A stretch of DNA of 33,715 nt from Macrostomum lignano (lineage: Eukaryota): contig NIVC01003541.1 in the NCBI GenBank assembly GCA_002269645.1, forward strand, positions 1 to 33,715. The letters are read 5' to 3'. How positions within the stretch are numbered: the first letter of the stretch is position 1; each line of letters opens with the position of its first letter. Position numbers and translations under genes: made by a program. This document shows positions 20,343-30,238 of the stretch, in pieces. The notes beneath the pieces are model-generated. The model searched no databases. It was given only the letters and a program-made list of their open reading frames with translations, and was not told the origin of the DNA.

Positions 20343-20905
20343 CCCCTGTCTGCTGTCCCGCTGTCTGTCGACTCCTGTCTGCTGTCCCGCTGTCTGTTGA
20401 CCCCTGTCTGCTGTCCCGCTGTCTGTTGACTCCTGTCTGCTGTCCCGCTGTCTGGTGACTCCTGTCTGCTGTCCCGCTGTCTGTTGACTCCTGTCTGCTG
20501 TCCCGCTGTCTGTTGACCCCTGTCTGCTGTCCCGCTGTCTGTTGACCCCTGTCTGCTGTCCCGCTGTCTGTTGACTCCTGTCTGCTGTCCCGCTGTCTGT
20601 TGACCCCTGTCTGCTGCCCCGCTGTCTGTTGACCCCTGTCTGCTGCCCCGCTGTCTGTTGACTCCTGTCTGCTGTCCCGCTGTCTGTTGACCCCTGTCTG
20701 CTGTCCCGCTGTCTGTTGACTCCTGTCTGCTGTCCCGCTGTCTGTTGACCCCTGTCTGCTGTCCCGCTGTCTGTTGACTCCTGTCTGCTGTCCCGCTGTC
20801 TGTTGACCCCTGTCTGCTGCCCCGCTGTCTGCTGTCCCGCTGTCTGCTGCCCCGCTGTCTGCTGTCCCGCTGTCTGTTGACCCCTGTCTGCTGCCCCACA
20901 GTCTG
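20340..20905. repeat. Tandem array, 29 bp unit (tgacccctgtctgctgtcccgctgtctgt), about 19 copies, starting at the POLR3H stop codon
   Basis: The first copy begins with the TGA at 20340-42. Confidence 0.95.
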
Positions 20906-21497
20906 TTGTCTGCTGTTTGCTGAATCAAATACAAGCTGCATTTATATAGATTTCGAACTTCAGTGTTAAAGTGTCATCTTCATTGTTATTTGTCTTATTA
21001 GTTGAATAGCCTGGGAGCTGGAGTGCTAGCATGGGATTCCGCAGGGCCCGCCCGATCCCCGCACGGTTTCGCAGAACTCCGGCAGGCAGCCACCAAATCT
21101 GCTGCGCCCGAGCTGCCTGCGGGGCCACAGCAGAGCTCACTCAGTCTTGTCCAGCACACGAGGCGCCGACCTGCTCAAAGTGGGCGACCTCGTAAGTGAG
21201 GCAAGTGACAGCTGAATGTCATAATAGCAAGCTGATGATCTCATTGAGTCTAACAGAACCCCCGCATGCTCAAAATAAGTTGAGCGCAGCATTCGCATGA
21301 GAATGCCATAGCTGCGGTCAGTGCCTAGCCGGGGGCACAGCACTGCTTAGAGAGCTCTTGTCCAGCACACGAGGCGCTGACCTGTTGCTTATAATGGGCG
21401 ACCTCGTAAGTGAGACAGGAGACATTTCAGTTCAATTTGCTGAAATATTGAGCTAGTCTACTGACAGTAAATAAGTACTTATTAGTCATTGTGTTCC

Positions 21498-21730
21498 AGG
21501 AGTCTGTTGGAATCAGACTCTGTGGGTCAGGAGTCTGGTGGAGTCAGAATATGAGGGTCAGGAGTCTGTTGGAATCAGACTCTGTGGGTCAGGAGTCTGG
21601 TGGAGTCAGAATCCGTGGGTCAGGAGTCTGTTGGAATCAGAGTCTGTGGGTCAGGAGTCTGTTGGAGTCAGAATCCGTGGGTCAGGAGTCTGGTGGAGTC
21701 AGAATCCGTGGCTCAGGGCCGGAGTCTGAT
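21498..21730. repeat. Tandem array, 31 bp unit (ggagtctgttggaatcagactctgtgggtca), about 7 copies, abutting the acceptor at 21744
   Basis: Direct reading. It accounts for the spurious N-terminal extension of ORF 21491-22729. Confidence 0.9.
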
Positions 21731-21778
21731 GGTCCCAATTGCAGCGCGAGCAGTAGCGCCCGCCCAGGCTCCCTCACG

Positions 21779-22729
21779 ATGACGCGCGCTCGCAAGCGAG
21801 TTGATTACGCCAAATTCGACGCCGGGGACAGCGAGGATGACTTCGAGGACCTGTCGGGTGGCGACGCCGCGGCCAAGAAGACGGCGGCGGCCGCGACTGG
21901 CAAGAAGGCCGCCCCCGGCCGATCCAAGAAGAAGTCTGACGACAGCAGCGATGAGGACGCCTTCGCTGGCGAAGCCTCGTCATCCGATGAGGAGAGCGGT
22001 GCATCCTCGGGCGAGGCCTCCGCCGCCTCTGCATCGGGCAGCGACGGCGGCGCTCCGGCCGCTAAGAAGAAAAAGTCGGAGCCGGCCGGTAAGAAGGCAG
22101 GCAAGGCCGCCAAGGCCAAGCCGCCCGCTACCGCGTCAAAGAAGGCGGCTGCGAAGGCCAACGGTGCTGCTGCAACTTCGCCTCGGACTGGGCAGCGCAA
22201 GAAGGCGACCTCTGCCAGAGTGGGCTCTGCCGCCCCAGCCGAGGCAGCTGCCGAAGACTCCGCCGACACGGTCAGCCCGAAGTTCGGCAAGGCGGCCACT
22301 GCTGCCGCCGCGGCTGCCTCGCCAACGCCGGCATTGGAATCGACTGCGCCCGCGGCATCGCCAGCTGTTGCTAAGGCATCACCAAGCGTTGCTAAGGCCG
22401 CTACGAAAGCGCCACCGCCCATTGCTAAAGCTTCACCGACCGTTGCTAAGGCCTCTCCAGCCGTTGCCAAGGCGTCTTCGACGGTTGCTAAGGCCGCAAC
22501 TCCGTCCGTCGGTCGATCAAACATCCGCGTTGCCGCCGCCTGGACGCCGCCGGCGCGTGCAGTCGGGGGCGCCAGCAGCCAGCTCGGCGCCGCCAAGACG
22601 CCATCGACGCCCGCGCCGGCCGCCAAGCCGTTGGGAGCCGCGCCGTCGCCCGGCCTCCGCCTGGGCCTGTCGCGCAATCAGCGCCTGACGCCGCTGCACT
22701 CCATCGGCCGAATGTCCGGCAGCTCGTGA
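21779..22729 (+). CDS. RAD51AP1: RAD51-associated protein 1-like (RAD51AP1/NUCKS family), 316 aa, intronless CDS
   Basis: N-terminal MTRARKRVDYAKFDAGDSEDDF resembles the RAD51AP1 RxxKxVxYxxFxxxDSDDDF motif. C-terminal WTPPA...SPGLRLGLSRNQRLTPLH resembles the RAD51-binding WxPP...LRLGLSR...PLH motif. The middle is low-complexity and K/A-rich. Confidence 0.85.
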   Translation: MTRARKRVDYAKFDAGDSEDDFEDLSGGDAAAKKTAAAATGKKAAPGRSKKKSDDSSDEDAFAGEASSSDEESGASSGEASAASASGSDGGAPAAKKKKSEPAGKKAGKAAKAKPPATASKKAAAKANGAAATSPRTGQRKKATSARVGSAAPAEAAAEDSADTVSPKFGKAATAAAAAASPTPALESTAPAASPAVAKASPSVAKAATKAPPPIAKASPTVAKASPAVAKASSTVAKAATPSVGRSNIRVAAAWTPPARAVGGASSQLGAAKTPSTPAPAAKPLGAAPSPGLRLGLSRNQRLTPLHSIGRMSGSS

Positions 22730-23173
22730 ATCAGTTTTGAAACTGTTACTGGGAGTTTTATCCCTATCCGGATCTGTGCATGAACTTCTAACGCGTAGTT
22801 CCTATGTGTTCAGTAGTCTCATATGCATTTTGTTTCTATATTTCTCTGGAGTCAAATTGCTCAGCTTCAACGCAAGCCGGCATGGCCTGCTCAGGTGCTG
22901 CACGCTTTCGAATTGGTTTATTTTAACCCGCGTCCCCAGTGACCCGCGATCTCAACAGACATTTTTTATATGCTTGCTAATAGTGAAGTCTTGCGCTTAT
23001 TATTAGTCTATTTTTGGAGGCTGTTTTGTAAGCTCCCCGATGGAGACAGTGTACAGGAATTTTAGTATAATTTGATTGCATTTTGCTATGACCCTACTGC
23101 CAGCTCCTACTATTGCATTCAATGTATTGCTCAGCGAGTCTGCATTGACCCGTGAGGCCTGCGGTTTCCATGC

Positions 23174-23179
23174 AATAAA
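23174..23179 (+). terminator. Candidate polyadenylation signal for RAD51AP1
   Basis: AATAAA about 445 nt after the stop, followed by a T-rich tract. Confidence 0.45.
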
Positions 23180-23724
23180 AGCAATTTTATTTCAGTTAGT
23201 CAGCTTTTTTCTTAGTTTATTTGCGCATATTGCTACTCAAAGTAGCGCATAGATGTTGGCGAATCTGGGGAGACCGGATGTGAACTAGAGAAAGCTATTC
23301 TAATTCGCACTGCACTCACTGCTCCAGTGTGTGAATACTCAGCCACACTGTTTACCAGCTGGAGATCTGCTCTGTGGGGGGGGGTTGCTCTCCCGTGCAC
23401 AGCCAGGCACTCGGACAAATATCTGTCTTTATTTGCTTTTTGGTCTGAAAACTTGATGGCTACAAGCTGGAGGATGCTCTGGGCCGCATCATTCATCACC
23501 CGATATGGGGAGCTGCTGGAACTCCAGTAGCTTTTATCTGCTTGAGTTGCGGCTTCTCGTGACTAATGCGATGCTGGATGCCACCCCACTCGGGGCACCC
23601 ACTCACTAGTGACCTCTTCAGGCCTGCTTCATCATAACTGCGGATTGCTCTAGGGCTGACCTCTTGCGCTCTAAGAATAGTATGCCATAGACACCCATCT
23701 CTGGCTTTCCTACCCGCAGCACCG

Positions 23725-24012
23725 ATCACAGCCAGTTCCCGCTAATCACACATCCAGTTCTCGCTGATCACACGGCCAGTTCCCACTGATCACAGCCAGT
23801 TCCCACTGATCACACATCCAGTAAGCCATACAGCTAGTTTTCATTGGTCACACAGTGAGTTCCCGCTCATCACACAGCCAGTTTCCGCGCTGATCACACT
23901 TTCAATCCATAAGCCATACAGCTAGTTTTCATTGGTCACACAGTCAGTTCCCACCGAATATACAGCCAGTTCTCGTTAGTCACAGCCAGTACTCACCGAT
24001 CACAAACCAGTT
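23725..24012. repeat. Degenerate tandem array (cacagccagttcccactgat-like), ending just before the acceptor upstream of the anamorsin ATG
   Basis: Recurrent tcacacagccagttc motifs; the last copy runs into ctccctcccgcag|cgATG. Confidence 0.75.
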
Positions 24013-24037
24013 CCTGCTCGATCTCCCTCCCGCAGCG

Positions 24038-24441
24038 ATGCCTGCCGCACTGACCGCAGACTCCGTGGCGATGCTGCTGTGGCGGGAAGCCACCCCCAGT
24101 CCCTGTCCGAGCTGATGGCCGCCCTGACCACCGGGGGCGCTCGGGTGCAGCTGGAGCAGCTGGACCGCTTGCTGGACTCGGTCGGCCAGCACCCGCTGCT
24201 CGGCGGCGTCACCGACCTCATCGGCGCCCACCCGCTGGGCCTCGGCCGCGAACAGCTTGGCCGACTTCTGCCGCTGCTCCGGCCAGGCGGAGCCGTTCGA
24301 CTGCCGTTGGCCGGCAGCGAGTCGCTCGAGGCTATCCGGCGGGACCTCACGCTGGCCGGATTCGTGGGGTCGAGGCTGAGGGAGACGGCATGTTGGTTGC
24401 CAGGTAGAGCTGCGCCGGAGTTGCTGGGTTGGGGTGGGTGA
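24038..24441 (+). CDS. CIAPIN1: Anamorsin (Dre2/CIAPIN1) N-terminal methyltransferase-like domain exon; 1-nt frameshift near 24081-24086; downstream exons not found in the window
   Basis: VAMLLW, GARVQLEQLDRLL, LLPLLRPGG and LTLAGFV correspond in order to human anamorsin VAVVW, GRVSVENIKQLL, RILRPGG and LTLSGLV. Candidate donors at 24404 (gtagag) and 24438 (gtgaga). Confidence 0.78.
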
Positions 24442-25520
24442 GAGGCAGCTGGAGATGAGGTGAGAGGCAGCTGGAGATGGGGTGAGAGGTAACTGGAGAT
24501 GCGGTGAGGTAACTGTAGATGGGGTGAAAGGCAGCTGGAGATGGGGTGAGAAGCAGCTGGAGATGGGGTGAGAAGCAGCTGGAGATGGAGTGAGAGGTAG
24601 CTGGAGATGGGGTGAGAGGTAGCTGGATATGGGTTGAGAGGCAGCTGGAGATGGAGTGAGAGGTAGCTGGAGATGGGTTGAGAGGTAGCTGGAGATGGAG
24701 TGAGAGGTAGCTGGATATGGGTTGAGAGGCAGCTGGAGATGGAGTGAGAGGTAGCTGGAGATGGAGTGAGAGGTAGCTGGAGATGGGGTGAGAGGCAGCT
24801 GGAGATGGGGTGAGAGGTAGCTGGAGATGGGGTGAGAAGCAGCTGGAGATGGAGTGAGAGGTAGCTGGAAATGGGTTGAGAGGTAGCTGGAGATGGAGTG
24901 AGAGGTAGCTGGATATGGGTTGAGAGGCAGCTGGAGATGGAGTGAGAGGTAGCTGGAGATGGAGTGAGAGGTAGCTGGAGATGGGTGAGAGGCAGCTGGA
25001 GATGGGGTGAGAGGTAGCTGGAGATGGAGTGAGAGGCAGCTGGAGATGGAGTGAGAGGTAGCTGGAGATGGGTTGAGAGGTAGCTGGATATGGGTTGAGA
25101 GGCAGCTGGATATGGGTTGAGAGGCAGCTGGAGATGGAGTGAGAGGTAGCTGGAGATGGAGTGAGAGGTAGCTGGAGATGGGGTGAGAGGTAGCTGGAGA
25201 TGGAGTGAGAGGTAGCTGGAGATGGAGTGAGAGGTAGCTGGAGATGGGGTGAGAGGTAGCTGGATATGGGTTGAGAGGCAGCTGGAGATGGAGTGAGAGG
25301 TAGCTGGAGATGGGGTGAGAGGTAGCTGGAGATGGAGTGAGAGGTAGCTGGAGATGGGGTGAGAGGTAGCTGGAGATGGAGTGAGAGGTAGCTGGATCGA
25401 GATGGGGTGAGAGGCAGCTGGAGATGGAGTGAGAGGTAACTGGAGATGGAGTGAGAGGTAGCTGGAGATGGGGTGAGAGGCAGCTGGAGATGGGTAAGAA
25501 GTCGCTGGAGATGGAGTGAG
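24438..25520. repeat. Tandem array, 22 bp purine-rich unit (gtgagaggtagctggagatggRR), about 49 copies
   Basis: Direct reading. It produces the 394-aa SSYLSLHLQLPLTPSPA pseudo-ORF on the minus strand. Confidence 0.97.
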
Positions 25521-28500
25521 AAGCAGCTCAATCGCTGCTTGAGCAGTATCCTGTGTTTATCAGAGCGTACACACCTTTGCTATTTTCTCTGCTTGACCTG
25601 GCGTGTGTGCTGCTGCGAGGCTGCAATACAAGCTCAGCATTTTGTGCTCATTTTGCCTATTTTTAAGCACTTAGATCGATTTAATTCAGAAACTTTCCCC
25701 AGTGTTTTCAACTTACTGACACTGCAAATAGTAGTCTTTGTTAATCCCCAATTGGGAAGTGATTTTAGCTCGGTAACCCAATCCGGATTCCCTCGGCAGT
25801 TGGCATCCGGTTGGCCCTCCCGGTGCGCACCTGGCCGAGCTGGCGGGGTCAGCGGGATGGGAATTAAGTTCGTGTTTAGTCAGGGCAACACCGCAGGCGG
25901 TTGTGCTCAAACAAGTGAGCAGGCTGGCTATGGGGTCACAGGGTGTGTGGCTAAGCCGGGCTGCTGTGTTGATCAAGGCCCCGAAGTCACCCCGGGAGGC
26001 GGGGCTGCGGCTCTCAGCTCAAGTAGGCGGGGAGAAGGGGTCATGTGGCCCCCTAAAAAACGTCTCTCTGCTTGAAAATGCCTCCAATTTGAGTGATAAG
26101 CGGATCGCCGGGCTGTTGAGCTCGGCGTCTGGCACCTTCTTTGTCCCTGGCCGGCTGTCCGCGGCCGAGCCTCCCGCCGCGTGCCCGGCAGCTGCCTTTG
26201 CCGGAGTTTCGCTGACCCGGCATGCAGAGGAGGCGATCGCGAGGCGGCAGCACATGGATGGAGGGCGCCCGTGGGTCTGGCAGTCCGGCCGCGGTGCAAA
26301 GCGGGATGAGGAACTGATGAGAAAGGCTTTCGGGGGCTTAAGTGGCCGATTGTTGCTGGCTAAAAGCGAGTTGGTCAGGCCTGCAGCGCTCTGTTTGCAG
26401 CGCTCTCGCAGCGCCCGGAGTGGCAACTCCAGCAGCGCCACGCATCCTGCCGCCGGGCCGGTATTGACTCGCTGATAATGGCAGATCACTGGCGAATTAA
26501 AGTCTCTCACGATCCCTCTCAATGCTTCATTGCTGCGCTCTCAGGCTTCCGTGCTCCGCTCTCTCATCTCTGCTCTTACACTGTTTCCATTGTTCTCTCT
26601 TTTTAGACTTACTGCTTCTGCAGCTTCTTTGCTCTCCATCATCTTCCCGCAGTCTCATCCTCGCTGAGCGTTCCCGCCTCCTCCCTCTTCTCCAGGACTC
26701 CGCGCCCAGCCTAAATGGCCGCAGCCGCCGCAACTTGTGGCTGCAGAGGCTGCTGGGCCGCCGCTTAACCCGCACTCGCGTCAATCGCGCGTGCCTTCCG
26801 CTTGCTTCAGCACCAGTGACTCTCACTTTTTATCCCTATCTCTTCCCCTCCTCCAGTTCCCCAGTCACTTCCGATTTACTCGGTGTCTGTTTCGCAGCCT
26901 CCAGCCGGGGGAGCCTGCAACCGGTTGTCAAACAGAATGCTGAGCGGGCGTCACTCAGGCCCCACTCAATTCCTGCGAATGCGCCGTGTTTGCCCGGCCA
27001 GGCTGCCGTGATGAGCCCGCTGTCCCGCTAGCCGCTGCAGTTGATTTAAGTAGTTAAGCCGCGGCCCGCGAGCCATTAGCGCCTCAGCAATTAAAAAAGG
27101 CGCGCACAAGAGATCACTTGGCTGGCCGAGGGCTTGGCGCGGAAGTGCTGCCTTGTTTACTCGCTTGCACCTGAGACTGGCACGACTCGCCGTGTTTTTT
27201 AGGCTTTTGCGCTGCCATCGCCAGGCTCTCAATCAATATTTGGCCAGCAATAACTTTTCTCTCATTCATGCCAAGCGCGGATCCCTAGCCCCCCGCTTCG
27301 CAGGAGGTGGAGAAAATCCCCAAGCTGTCACAGGGGCGGAGTGGATCTCCAATTTCTCCAAAATGCTGTGAGGCAGCTGGGGGCCTCATCAAAAGTTATT
27401 TTGCGGAGATTCTCGGCAAGGGCTGAGCGGGTCTCTTCGGTCTGTTATTAAAATCTCGCTGCGACTCAACAGGATCGACGAGTGCCGCTCGAGTGGCCGC
27501 TCCGCCCTCAGATCAGCGTTACTGCATTCAGCCAGGCAGCTTCCTGAGGCAACAAAGCCGAATAAACAATATTGTGCTCCGGCTCTGCATCTCCAATAGC
27601 TCATAAACTGCTTTCAGTCAAGCCCTGGAGTGACTTCTTTACAAACTTGCCTATCAAACTTGCGAACATGTTCGAATGGGAGAATCTAGAAGAAGAGCTG
27701 GGCCGATTTCTCCCGGGGGGGGGGGGTTGCATCACACCCCTGTTGCTCCGGCATAGCTGGCTGTATGTGTATTTGCTGGCAGTGTGTCCGCACTGTTTGC
27801 CCACTCACCCTCTCTGGCCTCGCACCCTTGCGGGCCTTCGAGTGCTGGCTGCCCCCCCCCTTTCACCGCCGAGCAGCCGAGCGGCTGCGCGCAAGAGCCG
27901 TACAAATTGGACACGCTGCTCAAGTGCCACCCGCTCGGGCTCGGGAGAGGCTGTGGCCACTCGTCTCTAACATTGAGCACGTGTCCGCTGCGTTTGCAGT
28001 GGCCTCCTGATACACTCTGCCTACCAGTCCCTGCGCTTCCTGTGACAGCTGATGGCGCGCTCCATCACTGGCTTACTCCTCTCATCCCCTTCCCCAAAAT
28101 CGCCTCTTCCCATCATCGCTCCGGCTTCCGACTCCCCTAAAACCGCTCTGCCTTGCCCAGATCCCCCGCTTGTCTTCTCCTTTGTCTTATATTGTATTTT
28201 TTATTGGTTGAGTAGGTGAGTGAGAAAGTCGTGTGGCTGGCGACTCTCTTCCTCCTTCCCGAACTTGAGTGAGAGCTGCAGACCAAGGATTTACAAGCCT
28301 GCCTGCCGGGCCCACCACTCTGCTTCCTGAGTGCCCCTGTCTTGCGACCTGGCCCAGCGCTATGCAAGGAAGTTGGCCTAATGGGAGTGCATCGTAAAAA
28401 ATAAACAGAAAGAGGAGTAGGAATCAAGCGCCTCCTCACCTGAGTCCCCCGCTCTCCCATCATCACCCCAGTCCCTCTCTCCCATCTTCCTGTCTCCTCA

Positions 28501-29948
28501 CTTTCGCTAAAAACTGTCCCTGAGTTGTGCCACTCCGGGATCCTCACAGGCTGGGAAGGCCATTGTCGGAGCAGGCCGCAGCAGACTGAGCCTTGGCCCC
28601 GAGTCCCCTCGGCTCCCCTTGTGAGCACAGGACAAGAGAGGCGCCGAGGGCTCGCTTAAGCCGAATTTTATGCGTTTTTCGCTGCTGAGCTGCGCCGGGT
28701 GACGGGGCGGCCGAACGAATCGAAAGTCAAAAGAGGCCAGGCTTTTTGTTGTTTTCTCTGTGTGCTCATCATCCGTATCGGGGGGATGCGTCACGCCATG
28801 GGGACACACCCGGCCCGAGTCTGAGCTCGGCCCGCGAAGTCAAGCAGCCGGAATTAAGGAGCGTCCGCCAGCCTTTCTCAGGTTTCTCCCGCGCTGATCG
28901 GCGCTGCCGGACCCGTCGCTATTTTATTTCCGGGGGGAGGGGGGCTCTGCGACCGAGTCAAGGTGGGGACAGCCTGGCTGCGCGGGTCAGGGGCCCCGCT
29001 GTCATCGGGCCGTTTACTCTGCGCCCGCTATCAAATTCCCATCTCCCGCATTTCAAGCACTGATTCTCCCATACAGCGGCCCGGCTTCTGTTTGTCCCCC
29101 GTCTGTCCGCCCGCCTGCTGTCCTGATGGATCGCGGGCAAACACACGCCAGGGAGAAGGACCGCCCGGGCCCTCCTGCCTGCAGAGTGGCTCATCTCACA
29201 CCTTTTTTACGTGCTTTGACACACGGAAGGCTGGGCGCTGCTAAAATATTCGAGCTCGACGAGCGGCTTAGCCTTTGATTGATCACTCGGCTTTCCCACT
29301 TTCCCAGCTTTTTTATGTAAAGCAGGGGGCAGTAAGTCAACTGCAGTCGTGGCGATGGACTCCGGAGTCCAAGCCATGGTTTCAGTGCTATCTGACACCG
29401 TATGGTAAAGCGGAGTCCCGATCTGCCATATGGCCCCCCATTGTGCCGGGGCTGGGGATTATGCCATCAGCTCCGAGCTGTCTAGGAATTCGACTCGATT
29501 CGTCTAAGCCGGGCCCGCCCCGCCCCCCTTCACCGCGTCCCGTCAATTGTCGAAGGAAAATCTTTTTAGCACGGCTGGCCGCCACTGCAAAAAGTGAAAA
29601 TTGTTGCTCTCTGTCTTGAGAACCTCGTAATTACTGGGAGTGGCTTCTGGGAAATAGAAATAGCGGGATCTCCTCACCATACCTGGCTTGGCAACGGTCC
29701 CTGGGGATCCTAATCTCAGCCTGGCCACTGCTGTCTATGGGCCCGGCCCCGCCCCCTCTTATGCGTCTCCAAGGGCCGCTCATTCGGGAACTGGACGCAG
29801 GTCTGGCAATTCGAATCTTGGCAAATTTAATTGAGCACCGCGCGGTGACAAGAAACTGAAGCCGCTGAGCAGGGTGGGCAGTCCTGTGCGCTTTGAAGAG
29901 TGCAGAAGCCGTGAGACTTGTTAATAAATGAGGAATCGAATTAAAACT

Positions 29949-29954
29949 TTTATT
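29949..29954 (-). terminator. Candidate polyadenylation signal of the NK2 gene
   Basis: AATAAA on the minus strand about 285 nt after the stop, followed by T-rich sequence. Confidence 0.5.
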
Positions 29955-30238
29955 CACTATTCATCCAGATTGGTTGCAAATCAAACCGACATCATTGTGG
30001 GTGAGGGACGCAGACGCGGACAGAGGGGAGACGCAGTGCTGGTCACACTGGAGGGGGGCTGGCTGAAAAAGACAATATGCAATGCACGGAGGACTGTGGG
30101 CTGCAAATTTACACAAATACCAGCAGATGTGTTCAAGAAAATTGAAATGAAAACAGCAAGACGGTAAAGCGAATCACTTGTACGCATATTGTGTATGTGC
30201 GTGCTATCTGAGTGCGCCTGTCTGTCAATCAAAAAATG

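Noticed and set aside
21491-21778. N-terminal extension of the 412-aa ORF
   Set aside because: It is encoded by the 31-bp array upstream of an acceptor; homology starts at ATG 21779.
23233-23729. Minus-strand ORFs resembling a gag-like remnant
   Set aside because: No diagnostic motif (zinc knuckle, protease, RT) and no LTRs seen.
6-25531. Long low-complexity ORFs over arrays (e.g. 2745-3664, 5394-6058, 7516-8278, 9898-10781, 19392-20129, 20276-20941, 24347-25531)
   Set aside because: They are translations of tandem repeats lacking stops. They lie in introns or UTRs and are open in several frames.
25473-29957. Numerous 60-200 aa ORFs downstream of NK2, including candidates for the anamorsin C-terminus
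   Set aside because: No recognisable domains, no Cys-motif pattern of anamorsin and no consistent splice chain; more likely GC-rich regulatory DNA.
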